A DNA stretch of 64,000 nt from Leucoraja erinacea. Its lineage: Eukaryota. A program made the translations under genes and the position numbers. The number at the start of each line of letters is the position of its first letter. Positions within the stretch are counted from its first letter, which is position 1. The notes under the pieces were generated by a model. That model was not told where the DNA came from. It ran no database searches and was given only the letters and a program-made list of their open reading frames with translations. This document shows positions 26,520 through 40,987 of the stretch, piece by piece. The DNA is taken from positions 15,872,001 through 15,936,000 of the forward strand of contig NC_073393.1 of assembly GCF_028641065.1 (NCBI RefSeq). Reading direction: 5' to 3'.

Positions 26520-26751
26520 GGCGGCGGCGGCGGCGGCGGCGGCGGCACGGACCGGCCAATCACGTGCACATCCCTTCTGGCGCCGTTCTCTCACCCGGAA
26601 GTGCTGTGCTCACCCGGAAGCGAATCTCTTCGGTTAAAGCGCCAAGACAGGTTCATTCGTAGATTCGAGTTCTTAGCGTTGTAGACTTTTGTCTGTTCCC
26701 GTGGCTTCGCCGTGTCCTAGAGTCTACTCCCGCAGACGGAGATCTGCTGCC
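26520..26751. promoter_or_regulatory. NUDT21 CpG-island promoter/5'UTR, possibly bidirectional
   Basis: CCAAT overlapping an E-box (CCAATCACGTG ~26556), two ETS-type CCGGAAG motifs (~26595, ~26614), YY1-like CATGGCGGC and a (GGC)n tract. Confidence 0.7.
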
Positions 26752-26864
26752 ATGTCTGTGGTTCCACCGAGCCGCTCGCAGGCTGGCTGGCCTCGAGGTG
26801 TCTCTCAGTATGGGAACAAATATCTGCAGGCCAAGCCCCTGACCCTGGAAAGGACCATTAACCT
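26752..26864 (+). CDS. NUDT21: NUDT21 (CFIm25/CPSF5) coding exon 1
   Basis: GCCATG start; [38 protein letters not shown]; GTGAGT donor, phase 2. Confidence 0.96.
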
Positions 26865-28856
26865 GTGAGTAACCGTAGTGGATGGTAATAGGTGGTCTGT
26901 ATCTCGCTAAGAACCGCCAAGCTTCCAAACGCCCTTCTGTGTGACAGGACTCGTGTAGCAAGCAGTAACTGACTGTTCCTAACATTGAACAGTAATGTGT
27001 CGTCTGGGGTCCATTGTGTGGTGTGTAGTTTGGGTGATGTTCAAATTATTTATTCATCGTCGGCTGCACCACCCACTGTGTATTTCAAGTGCTGGTACCT
27101 GCAAATGTAGTCCCTGATCTGAAGAATTTGCCGACGGTTGTTTGAATGTAAAACTGTTATCTTTTGTAGTTTGGAGGGGGCTTAATATTACTTGCAGACT
27201 TGTCGATACGATGTGTTTATAAATCTCTAGTTTTTTTTAAACTTTAATGCTTTGTTCAATTCTACTGTGCTATTTAACATAATTATTAGCCTGGGTGCAT
27301 GCCTTTTGGCTCACGATGTCTATGCTGAACACATCAAATTAAACCAAATCCTTCTGCCTTTGCACGATCCACAGTCCCTTCATTCCTTGCAAATTCCTTC
27401 ATATATATTCCAATTTTGTCTTGGCAAAAAAAAAAAAACTTGGTTTACAATCTTTAAATTTCCCCTTTTACCTTAAAGCCATGCCCTCAAGTATTTGACA
27501 TTTCCACCCTATGACATTTCCACCCTGGGGGAAAACAATTCTGACTGTCTATCCTATCCATACTTCTCAATTTTATAAACTTCTGAAATTGCTTTAGTAT
27601 GGTTAGTAATCCAAGTCAGCTGGAGTAATGAACCAGGCATCAGTTCAAATTGAACTACATTGGGCACAAATGTTTTATCTTTATTAATTTAATTAATCTT
27701 GATAGATGACTGATGTTTTGACTAGTCTCCTATGTAAGTGGACTCCAGGATCCTTATAATACAGTTGACTCACTGATCCAGCAAGCCACTTCGTTCAAGA
27801 GCAATTAGAAATGGGCATTAAATACTAGCCTTTCCAGTATGCAATATCTGTGAATGTTCTTTATGCTTCTCTGTTCAGGATATAAAGGATGTTGTATGTA
27901 ATTGAAAATATTAATACTCTAAATCTAGTTTTAGAAGCCTTTGTAAGTACTAAATTTTGTTTAATGTTGACATCCCTTTTATACAACACATGGGCTGTGT
28001 TATTCTCATTTATCTCTTAACTCATTATAGTGACAATTCCATGATAGTACCTGGTCCCTATTCCTTGTTTCATTGCCCATTTTTGATGGTATTCCACAAC
28101 TGATATTGTTACCTTGCATTTAGTGCAATATCTAAAACCTTGATATCTTGCTATTAATTGTGAGTGAAACGTTATGGTTTTTTCCTTCCTCCCTAATTCT
28201 GCAAATACAAAGTATTTCATTGCTAAACTATTGAAGAAAAACATTCAGCTCTATTGCATGCACTTCTAGTCTTTTTGAAATACACCTGCTGCTTGGCTGT
28301 GTTAGGAGAATAGGGTATTTGAGAACAACAAGATAAGCTAATCTGCAGTTTTGACAAATATAATTGATTTCATTTGGGAGATGTAAGCAGCCTTTTGGGG
28401 GCTCAAGAGACTGCAGCTGCTGGAATCTGTAGCAAAATAAGGGAGCTGCTGGAACAATTCAACAGCAACTGTGGTGGGAATTGGATAGTTGATGTTTCGG
28501 GCCAAGCCGCTTCACCTAGACTTTAAATGAAGGATATCAATCCAAAATTCAACTGTCCACTCTTCTCTCCACTGATACTACCTGACCTACTGAATTCTTC
28601 CAGCAGCTCTTGATTTTTGTGATAAACATTTACTGTTTTGGGTAATGATGAAACAAAAAAAAGGGTTTAATCTTTTTTAATGAATTTTGATCAGTGGAAA
28701 GGCAAATAGAATTAATGTGGCTTTTCACCTAACACTGTTTCAATGTGAAAATTGAAAAGTAACAGCATTCTAGAAATGTGGCTTCTCACTAATTGACAGC
28801 AATCTCTCTATCGTCTAGCTTGATTTACCCTTATCCTAGAACCCTAAGTATGTTAG

Positions 28857-29117
<261 letters not shown>

Positions 29118-29399
29118 TGAGTCCATATGTCAATGAGATCAATAACATCTAAAAGGTTCGGAGTATGAATCAAGTCCTTGAGAAACATTTTAAGTACATT
29201 TGGTGGCTGATCAGTGGTGTGTACTGGAGTTGGTGTATCTTTTGGTGTCCATCAATCTTACTAATGTCATGCTTCAGATGGTGACTGTAGCCAAATGTTG
29301 TAAACGTTTTCCATATGATGGACGTGAGATGGTTAGACGCAAAAAGGCATTGATCATTTTCTATGAATATGTATGAATAGTGTGCAGCTAGTAGGTCTT

Positions 29400-30150
29400 A
29401 AATTCCTATGTTATAGGGGCTGAATTAGGCCATGTGGTCCATCACGTCTACTCCACTATTCAGTCATGGCTGATCTATCTTTCCTTCTCAACCCCATTCT
29501 CTTGCCTTCTCGCCTTAACCCCTGACACTTGTACTAATCAAGAATCTGTCAATCTCTGCCTTAAACATATTTATTGTCTTTGTCTCCACAGCCGTCTGTG
29601 GCAATGAATTCCAAAGATTCGCTACCCTCTGACAAAAGAAAATCCCTCATCTCTCTTTATTCTGAGGCTATTGCCTCTGGACCTGGACTCTCCCTCTAGT
29701 GGAAGCATCCTCTTCACTCTATCCAAGCCTTTCACTGTTTAGTAAGTTTTCAATTTAGTCCCCCCCCCCCCCCCCCCCCCCCCAATCCTTTTAAACTCCA
29801 GTGGTTAGAGGCCCAGTGCCATTAAATGCTCATCATATGTTAACCTAATCATTCCTGGGATCATTCTAATAAACCTCATCTGGACCCTTTCCAAAGCCAG
29901 CACATCCTTCAGATATGGACCCAAAACTGCTCACAATTCACCAAATACAGTCCGACTAGTGCATTTATAATGCCTCAGTATTACATCCCTGTTTTTATAT
30001 TCTAGTCCTCTCTAAAATTATTGCTAGCGTTGCATTTGCCGTAATTACTACCGATTCAACTTGCAAATGAATGTTTTGGGGCATCCTGTACCAGCACTCC
30101 CCAATTGCTTTGCCCCTCCAATTTCTCAATTCTCTCGCCATAATAGAAAA
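29400..30150 (-). mobile_element. CR1-type LINE 3' fragment (NUDT21 intron 2)
   Basis: Co-linear with the copy at 6030-6740. Confidence 0.85.
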
Positions 30151-31434
30151 TAGTCATTTTATAAATAAGGGGTTCAGGATGACTTGCTTTCACATCTCTA
30201 TTCACTGGGGACATGTCAAAAACATCAAACTGTTTTAGTTGAGGACATTGACTTGAAGTCATAGTTTAACCTATATTTTCATTTTAAACTGCATTTTTGG
30301 AGAATATTGGAAAATGAATTTTGTGGGCAGATCATATGTTTTCTAAGGTACTTTCAGTGTATTGAATTCAACAGTATTGGAGGAACTCAATCGGTCACGC
30401 AGCATCTGTGGAGGGAATGGAGCAGTCTGAAGAAGGGTCCCAACTCAAAACATCATCTATCAATTCCCTCCATAGATGCTGCCTAACCTTTTGAGTTCCT
30501 CCAACGCTCCAGGTTCTAGTAACTGCAATTTCTTGTCACGTTTGAATTCAATACACTTTGGTTCACAGGATAAACTTGGTCTGGGGATGTCTAGTGAGAA
30601 AATGTAGATAGGTATTCCCTGCAGTAGAAGATTTGCTATCTAGTGTTTAATTGAGAGGAATAGATTGATCTAAACTCACCAATCTATTTCAGAATACTTC
30701 AATGCTATGAAACAGATCTCATGTAATTTATTTCATCTTGGTGTGCTTCCTGTCCCAAAACCATTGACTTCCAATCCAGTGCTGTTAACAGATGTATCAG
30801 TGTATACCAATGTAACTGGTGCAATGGTTACAGAGCAGACTATTTCTGAACACTAGTCTTCTTAACAACAGAATACAAATATTGTGTGCTTAATATACAT
30901 GGTATTGGCAGCAGTTGTTAGTTAATGATTGAGAGCCCTATCTATCTCCACACCCAAGAGCTAATGAGAATAATTTTAATAACTGACTGATGGACACAGC
31001 TAGATTTGGTGTTTGTGAACAAAGTGTTAATGATCTATGTAGTAAACTGGACATGAGGGGTGTGGCAAAAATGAATGTTCATGCCCTTTTCCCTAGGATA
31101 GAAGATTCTAAAACTAGTGGGCGTTGGCTTAAGATGAGGGAAAAGATTTTGGAAGGACCCCAGGCAATTGAGGTAGTCTGCATCTGAAATGAACTGCCAA
31201 AGGAAGCAATAGAGGCAGATAAAAATGCCTTGTAAAAGGCATTTCAAAAGATGTATGGATAGGAAACATATAGCGAGCTAAGGGCCAATTGCAGGCAAAT
31301 CAGATTTGCCCAGTATGCCAGCTTGGGTAAGGTAGGCTGAAGGGTCTGTTTTTGTGATTCTGAGCTCTAACATGTTTAGATATGATCTAGAGTGCATTTT
31401 TTTTTTTGCATTGTAACAGTTTTTGCTATGTTAA

Positions 31435-31542
<108 letters not shown>

Positions 31543-31978
31543 TAAAAGATCAGCTGGTTTGATTCTGGTTTGGATGTCATTTTTTTACTAGCAGGCCTGA
31601 TTTGAATCTTGCAAATTTTCTGAGGGTTGATGTAAGTATGGAAAGACTAGTGGAATCATAAAGATCATTTAGGTTTCCACAAACTGCAATCCTACTTCTC
31701 GTCTCTTCATCTAGTCTCAGCAATTTTGCTTTTCTTGCCTTTCAGGAAATTCCTTGTGATTTGTGCTTCATTTACCATTATGTTTCCACTGATTTCCCCA
31801 CCTTTTAAATAAGCTGTCAAAGTATCAGCCAAATAAGGTGTAGGGGGGGTGGGGTGTGATAACAACCTGATTAAAGCCAGCACCTATCAGACAAGCCCCA
31901 AGGGTTTGATGGTCCTTACCCCCAAGACGGAGAAGTTCACATCTGTTTGATGTTGAAGACGAACTGATACAACTGTAA

Positions 31979-32146
<168 letters not shown>

Positions 32147-32329
32147 TGATAACTATAAGTTCTTGAGACATGGTTGATGCTTTATAGAAAGATTAGATCT
32201 AGTTCAATGCTAAACACAATGTAAAGAACAGTGCTTCCGAAGGTTTGCGACTGTCTTGCTGTTCCCGAGTGCTATTTATTATTAAAACTTAAAGAAAATG
32301 GCTTCACTTAGAGTTGTATAACACAAATA

Positions 32330-34700
32330 TGTAACATGCTGACCAAGCTACCACATCTGCACTAGTCCCACCTGCCCAAATCACTCAGCCATTCCTGTCC
32401 ATGTACCTGTCCAAATGTCTTTTAAATGCTATTCTAGTACATGATTTGAGAATTAAGGGACAGAAGTTTAGAGGGGGATCTTCTTTACTCGGAGAGCGGT
32501 AGCTGTGGAATGAGCTTCCAGTGGAAGTGGTGGAGGCAGGTTCGATTTTATCATTTAAAAATAAATTGGATAGGTATATGGACTGGAAAGGAATGGAGGG
32601 TTATGGTCTGAGTGCAGGTAGATGGGACATGGGGAGAATAAATGTTTGGCACGGACTAGAAGGGCCGAGATGGCCTGTTTCCGTGCTGTAATTGTTATAT
32701 GGTTATATGTTGTATGCTTATATCTGCTGAAACTATCTCTTCTGCAGCTCATGCATATATCCACCACCCTCTGGAAAAAGTTGACTCAGATTGCAATTAA
32801 ATCTTTCCCCTCTCACCTAAACAAATGTCCTCTGGTTCTGGATTCCCCTATTCTTGGTAAATGACCCTGTGCATGTACGTATGATCTCATACAGCTTGAT
32901 AACCTCATCCTCTTGGGCTCCTAGAAATAAAGTACCAGTCTGCCCAACCTCTCCCCATAGCTCGGGCCTCAAGTTCTAGCAACACCCTCGTAAATCTTCT
33001 TTGCACTCTTTCCAGCTTGACAACATCTTTCCATTAGTGGGGTGACCATAACTAAACCAAATACTCCAAATGTAGCCTTACTGATGTCTTGTAAAACTGT
33101 AACATAATATCCTAACTTGTATACTCTGTACCCTGTCTGATAAAGGCCACTATGTCAAAAGGGTTCTTGACCACGTTATCTATTTGTGACGCTACTTTCA
33201 AGAATTATATACCTGAACTCCTAGATCTTTACACTTTGCTGCACTCCCCAGGACCCAGCTATTCACAGTGAAGGTCCTGCCCTGGTTTGAGGTCCCAAAA
33301 TGAAACTCCTCTCATTTACCTGCAATGAACTCCATTAACCATTCCTTAGCTCACTTGACCAACTGATCAATACCGTCGTGTAATCTTTGATGGTCATCTT
33401 TGCTATCTACAATACCACCCCTTTAGTGTCATCTGCAAACTTACTAATTCTGCCTTGTACATTCTCATCCAAATCGTTGATCCAAACTGCAAATTATGAT
33501 GGGCCCAGCAGTGAGCCCTGAGACACCCCACTAGTCACAGGCCACTAGTTTGAAACGCAGCCTTTTGCCATCCCCCTATGCTTCTTTCCATTGAACCACC
33601 TTTCTATCCAGTCAGCTAGCTCTCCTTGGATTCCATGCAATCTAACTTTCCAGAGCAGCCTTCCAGCAGTCTGTAACAAATGCCTTGCTGATATCCATAT
33701 AGACAATGTCTACAGCTCTGCACTCGTCAACCTTTTTGGTTATATCTCCAAAAAACGTAATCTGGTTGGTAAGATACAATCGTCCATGTACAAAACCATG
33801 CTGACTATCCCTAATCAGACCCTATCAAAATGTCCATATTTATCTTGCCCCTCGGAATACTCTCCAGTAACTTGCCTGCTGCATATGTTAGGCTCATTGG
33901 TCTGTAATTCCCAAACCTTTCCTTGCAGCCTTCCTTAAATGGAGGCACAACATTAGCCAACATTTCCATCCAGTCTTATTTAATGAAGATTTGCATATTT
34001 CAGCCAGGACGCCTGCAATTACTTCTCTTATGTCCCACAGTATCCACGGACATATCTGATCATGCCTGAAATGTTTGTCTATCTTCATGCGCCTTGGGAT
34101 GTCAGCACCTCATCAACTGTAATACTGACTGTCACCAAAACCCTTCCATTGACAACCCCAAGTTCCTCATTCATCTTTCTCCATGGTAAAAACAGGAGAA
34201 ATACTCATTGAAGACCTTGCTCATCACCTGGGGCTCCACACAGATGACAGCTTTGGGTTCTGAGGGGTCATGTTCTCCCTCTAGTTGCCCTTTTCCCCTT
34301 AACACACTTAAAATCTCTTTGGACTTTCCTTAACATTATCTGCTGAAGTTATCTCCAAAGCTCTTTTTACCCCCCTGATTTCCTCCTTAAGTATGTTGCT
34401 CAGTTCCTGAAACTTCTCCAGGGATACACTTGATCACACCTCGCAAAACCTCCTTTTTCCTGTCCAGAGCCTCAATTTCTCTCGTCATCCAAGCTTCCTC
34501 GCGTCCATCTGTCCTGGCTTCACCCTGGCAGGAACACTCAAGCCCTGAACTCTAGTCATCACATTTTTAAAAGCATCCCACTTTCCAGATAATCCTTTGC
34601 CTGCAAACAACCTACTCCAATCACCTTGAGTTTCTTTCTAATGCCTTCAAAATTTTCCTTGCCCACATTCAGAATTTTAATCTGTAGGCCTTCCTTGTCT
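32330..34700 (-). mobile_element. CR1-type LINE (minus) with a nested plus-strand CR1 3' end (~32445-32710), NUDT21 intron 4
   Basis: Reverse-strand CR1 RT motifs (SGVSQGSLLGP, FADDTK); nested copy ends in a GTTATAT tail. Confidence 0.85.
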
Positions 34701-35085
34701 TTATCTGGTTTAAAAGATCTCCTTTGGCTGAAATGTGATTTTTTTTGGAATGGAAATAGTCTTGCAGGAATAATTGTACTATTTAATCTTATTCTTTGTT
34801 ATATGTTATGTCCCTGGTATGGAGTCAAAGTATTTCCAGAGACTAATTATGGCATTCCTGTCAACTCGCAACAAAACTGCTTTGGGAACCATTCATTATA
34901 TTGGAAAAATAAGCTATTATTCTGAGCTACTATAGTCTTGACTAGTATATCAGTGACTTGCTTGGATATCTTGATTTGCTGTTTGGTTTTCATCCACTGA
35001 TGGTGATTAGTTCCAATATCTTTTTTAACAGCTGGTGAATAATACATCTAAGTGCCCTGAAACATCATATTTTATATTAAGATAA

Positions 35086-35262
<177 letters not shown>

Positions 35263-35928
35263 TAGATACCATTTGATTTGTTGCATTGTCTCAAGTGCTT
35301 TGGTAAATGAGTGAAAAGGAAAGCGGCGCAAACAGTTCATATACTGCAAGATCCAATGAACATCAGTTGCATATATGATTGATATGTTAGACTGTTGCTT
35401 GGATTATGTTGTTTGACTGTAACATTGGAATTTTGGCATCTGCATAGCAAATGTATAGGAGTTTGGTTAGTCAGTGGCTTGTATGAAGGGCAACTCTGAT
35501 GCAATGCTATTTCAATTACTTATAGACTTGAATTTCACCTCTATCTTTGATTTAGATGTTGACAAAAAGTGATGGCTGATGTTTGTGATGCAAAAAAAGT
35601 GTAATAAGTTGGCTGATATTATGGATGCTTCACCACACCCCAACAATCTCTATACCTATAAAAGTCATCTTGTATTTGTGTGTATGTGTCTTTTCTACCT
35701 TCGTTAAAACGCCACTCGCTAGCCACACGCCACAGAAATGTTCACAGATTATTAATCACATTAACCCCATCGACAAAATTAACTGCTTCACTTCAATTAA
35801 TTTATCTTGGCATTGTGTGTGCCGCAACGTTATAGGCCCATTGGCCTCTTCCTGTGCTGCACTGTCTTGTATTTTGGATTGTGTTGGTTGGGGTCCAGGT
35901 GTTGTGTTGGTTATATTATGCTAAATAG

Positions 35929-36111
<183 letters not shown>

Positions 36112-36799
36112 TAATGAAAAAATGCACTAACAGCTTAAGCAATTTTCTTTTGAAATGGTCAAGTCATGCTTCTGGGAATATGACTCCTTGGATTTATTAC
36201 TTTCTGTCATGTTTGCCTCACTAGTTTACATATTAAAAATTAAATGCAGTCACTAATATTTTAAAGATATCTTCCTAACCATCTGACAATTGTTTTGCAT
36301 GGTCCACTTTCTATTTCTATATTGGGCACTTCCATTATCAATAAACTAATTTTCAGTACAAACTGAAAACCAACGTCTGATGTTTGTTTTTTTTTTAAAT
36401 TTCCTTTCCCCATGGATCATCTACATTTGCACTAGGCTCGAGTTCTGATTAATGTGGGTTTCTAAACCCTTCAGCTCTTTTTTTTTCCTTGTAACAAGCT
36501 GACAAAGTGCTGTAAGACAGAATTCTTGAAGCACAATAATTCGAATATCACTGTACTTTAATTGATACACATGACGATAAAAGGCTTTTGAAACCTTTGA
36601 ATTGTTCTAAATATTACCTGCATAAACTGGCTGATCGTGAGACTCTGAAATCGCTGATTTGGTCTGCTTCAAGTTATGTGGCCTGATTCATCCAATGCTT
36701 TTTCTATATGAAGCGATTTGGCTCATCTGTTGTTTTTTTTCCTCTGCAGTGTATGCACTTGTTTTTAAATGTACCTGAAGTTTCTTCTTTAACTTTTAG

Positions 36800-36821
36800 G
36801 TTTAATTTTATTTATAACTGA
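36800..36821 (+). CDS. NUDT21: NUDT21 coding exon 7 (terminal)
   Basis: TTTTAG acceptor then FNFIYN-TGA; the seven exons total 681 nt = 226 aa + stop. Confidence 0.95.
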
Positions 36822-37215
36822 AGTGTATGGATGCATTGCTCAAGATCCTGATGGATGTACAACTACAATTTCTTGTGAACATCTCCAAGCCAGTAGTCTG
36901 GCTTCTCAGCCAGAGAGTAAATCGGTTCTACAAACCAAATCCAACAGCATGCAGCACCTGACCTGCTCAGCTGATGCTCCTGTGAGATTTTGTTCAACTG
37001 TACACCAACTATGAAGCCGAGGAGTTTTAACTGGTGCTTTTTTTTTAAGAAATGTTTTCTGCTTATGTAATTGTTTGAGTTTTCTACTTTATTAAATGGA
37101 CAAATACCTTTATTTTTGAGGGTTTTAATTAGCTGTAGTTTGTGTATTTTGTATTTCACCATTTATTTGGACCTATTGTAATTGGATATGAGAGAAACCT
37201 AGTCGATGTATATTG

Positions 37216-37221
37216 ATTAAA
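37216..37221 (+). terminator. Candidate NUDT21 poly(A) signal ATTAAA (alternatives: ATTAAA 37091 and 37446; AATAAA 38958 and 39253)
   Basis: Preceded by a TGTA cluster and followed by T/GT-rich sequence. Confidence 0.5.
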
Positions 37222-40059
37222 GACAAAACTGACCTGATTTATTCTGCTTTGGTTTATATAGTAGAAGTGATTTTGAAGCAAATCTTCTGATTAATTCTTT
37301 CCTCCAATTTCACGGTGAACTTTTCAGGGCTGTTTTGTAACCTGGGATGTTAACTGCATGTTTTGCAGTTAAGTGATATGCTTTGGACCATTGAGGTATA
37401 TAAACAAGTGATTCTATGCAGCTGTTATAAGGAGTGTGTCGAGGCATTAAATACTTGAATATATTCGAACGTGAATTGTTATATCAGCAGCAAAGTGGTG
37501 ATCTTGGGTATATGTGGATCTTCAAAAATTCTGTCATTATGTATTCTAATTACAGATTGGTTAGGGATACTTCAAATCACAAATCGGTGCAAAGCTGAAA
37601 TGTGCAATGGTTGTAATTTGATCGAGCGAACATGAAAATCCATTCTTGATGTGGGTCTTGCTTGCTTTTATGTTTAATGACCTAGACCTTAGTGTGTCTT
37701 TCCAGTTAGTTGGTGTTTGGTTCAAATTTGGGGCCAAAAACTAATTTGGAAGTTCTCACGTGGAGAATCATAGTTTATGCTGCACAATTCTAAACTTCAG
37801 TTTGGAGGATTTTAATTCCTTTCTTGGTGTATTTCAAATTATTTGATTTCCATTTTAACAATTCCAGAAGTTGGTCATCAAAAAGAGTTGGCATTCTCAA
37901 AACTAATACCCTGACTTCAGTAACAGATGTCCTTGAATGTTTCAGATAGATGAAATGTTCAAAATAACTTTTCTTCCATTGTTACAATATCATTAACACT
38001 TTAGAGGTCCTGAGCATTTTTCTTTTATGTTGTCTGATTGTTTTTCATTCTGCCAAATGTATTACAGCCTCAGCTTTGTAAGATGCTGAACTAAATGAAG
38101 AAATACGTTTGCAGAATTATTAGATTTGCTTGTTTAAACTACATTCAATGCTAACTGTTTTGCCGAAATTGAACAAAAGCATGTTGGGGTGAATTTATTG
38201 CAGAGGTGGGGTGTTGTGCCTTGGTAAGGGAGAGATGAACAACTGCTGCTTGTATATCCATAATGGGTGACTTTGGGCTCCCAATGTACTGTAGGTTAAG
38301 AGTCGGGCAGTGGATTTCCTTTTCTCCCCATCTATTGCCCTCGGCAGCCTATCACTATACCAATCCCATAATATATAATAGTACTTTAATCACCAGTTAA
38401 TGGTGGTAGATTATCCTGACTTGTACTTCTAATGCTCTGCAATGTGAACATGTTATGCCAATGTAGGTTTCCTTCACTTTCCTTCCTCTTTACCGTAAAT
38501 TGACCATGGGTTAGCTGAGTAGGAGACGTTGATGGGCATGAGCGAAAAAAGATGTAGAAAAATGTGGAATAGGACTGCCTAGATATGATATGTGTATGGC
38601 CTGCATTTAAGCCAATGTTAAATGCACCAATCTGTTCTTACTCCCAGAAATAATTCTTTAAAATGCTGTTCTCTAAATTCAGCCATTCAATGAGATTATA
38701 GATCTTCTCAACTCGATCTAAGTATCCAAGTCTTTTCGTCCAAATATTTGAACAGGTGCAAAAGTCACTTCTCGCAAGGATTTGGAGTGCACCTTGTGGT
38801 TCCGCACTTCCCTAATCACTTTAGGGAACAATGCATTTCTCTCCTGGTTTGTTGGTTGGCAATTTTTTCTGTTTTGTATCAATACAGATGGCAGTCACAA
38901 CAACTGATAATCTTCAAGCCGTGGATGAATTTGAAAAGACAGTTTTAATTAAGTGAAAATAAAATTATTTTTATAAAATTGAAGTAACGGGCATTTTCTT
39001 ATAGAACGTAAGCTCACTTTGTGAAATTTTGATAACATTGCACCAAATGTACTGTACAGCAGCATAAATGAGGGAGGATAGGTTTTTATGTTTGCACCTG
39101 TATGACACTGGCATTACTGTTCTTGCTTTCGTCTTGGAAAGCACTGGTTATTAACACGTCGGCTTCTGATTCTGTCAAGGTATTTCCTCTGTTGCAAATG
39201 ATAGCGATCCTCTTCCCTGATCTGCGATGTGGTTCCTTTCAATTGGACAGGCAATAAATGGCAAGTGATAAGGTCTTGCATCTTCACTCATTCACAGTAC
39301 CGTTACCCCTTTGAAATATTTATATCTGCGTAGACTGGGTGTTCGTTCTTGGGTTTAGGTGCTGATTTAATTGATTTGGAAAACTGCAGAGCAGCGTAAG
39401 TAGGCTTGTCAGCTTCGCTTCCTTTAGTCTGTGAAAGTCATTAAATATCGGATGTTAGTAAATACATGAATAGATTTTGTTTTCAAATATCGATCATTGA
39501 TTAGTATAAGATATATACTTTAAGTATTTTTTCTTACTCCAATTTTTAATTGTATTTATAAAGCAATATTTATTTTTGCACTTAATGTTCATACTAGGTT
39601 ATTGCTAGTGTAATCTCCTAGGAAGTGTAGGTAAAGATTTAAAGTACTACTTTTTCAGCATGCTAATACATTAGTTCGGCGTTCAACTAGCGTTCAGTGT
39701 TCCTTCCCAGAAAGCAAGTCGTGTTTATACATGGCCTGTTACAACCAGGCTTGCAGGGCCGGGTTCCTGGTTATGGACACGACTCGCCTCTGGCACAACC
39801 AGGCGATGCAAAAGTCAGTGACCCAGTAGCAGACTAGCCCATGTGGAAGGAGCCATCTTAATCTACGATGGCTGTCTGTGTGCTGCTATCGGGTGGGATG
39901 GGGCGAACAGGGAGGCGAGTGTCATACAGTGTGCTGTTATGCAAGATACAGTGAGACATCCAGTGAGTGCAGGTCATTGCTACAGAAAAACAGCTGGGCG
40001 CCCTACAAATCCTCCCTCACCTCCTGCTAATTGTGATGGAAGTCGCTTTGTGGCCCAAA

Positions 40060-40570
40060 TATGTATGTATCATACCTTATCGAGCCGTGAACCTGTCCAA
40101 GTGTCTTGTATATTGTAATTGTACTTGCCTCGCACTTCCTCTGGCTGCTCGCGAATCACCCTATTGGTGAAAAAGTTGCTCCAAAGACCCCTTTAATATC
40201 CCCCTCCCACCTTAAGCCCATTCTCCCTATCCTGGTGAATAGCTGTATTTTCACCCCAGAACTGTACACAGTACTCAATGTGACCGTACCAACATCTTAG
40301 CCAGCAATAACATGTCCCAACTCCTGTACTCAACCTGACTCATGAAGACATGCATGCCAAATATTTTCTTCAGCACCCTGTCTACCTGCATCACCATATT
40401 CATGGAACTATGTACTTCTAGGTCTTTCTGTTCTACAGCACTCCCCAGGGCCTACCATTTATTGTATTAGCCCTGTCCAAGTTTGGCTTGCCAATGTAAA
40501 ACTTCTGCATTAAACTCCATGTGCCATTCCTCGGCCCATTGTCCCAGTTCATCAAGATTCTTTTGTGATC
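40060..40570 (-). mobile_element. Degenerate CR1-type LINE fragment
   Basis: QKNLDELGQWAEEWHMEFN. Confidence 0.75.
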
Positions 40571-40987
40571 TTAGATGTGCTGATGAGACGGGGCCCCTCT
40601 CAACCAATGAAGCAGCCCCCATTTTCAGCTGTTGAGCCCATTCATTGCAAGATGCATTCATGATCCCCGCATCTCAGTGTTGAGTGGCTGCGCCTGGACA
40701 AAGTACAGCTTCTACAGTACTCATTGTCCTGTGACAATGCAGTCGCAAGTTCATGGGTACAGAAGCACCAGATTCTCTGATGTAGCGGTAGAGTATAGGC
40801 CAACCAGATGAATATCCTTTTTTATATAAAGAAATGTAATTGGTCTGAGTTTTTGGATTCCAAGACTAAGAATGGTTGATAAATTCGAGTAGTGCTCAAA
40901 CATCAGGGTACAAGATTATGCAAAGTCCCCTGTTGAGATATTTGTGTCTGATCACTGATTGAGGGTTTGACTAATATTTACCCTATT

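Noticed and set aside
26428-26684. Plus-strand poly-Ala/poly-Gln ORFs upstream of NUDT21
   Set aside because: Products of (CAG)n/(GCG)n tracts that terminate before the NUDT21 start; at most uORFs.
35647-35880. Possible third Helitron in NUDT21 intron 5
   Set aside because: The 5' end (A|TCTCTATACCTATAAAA) is suggestive, but no clear hairpin-CTRR 3' end was found.
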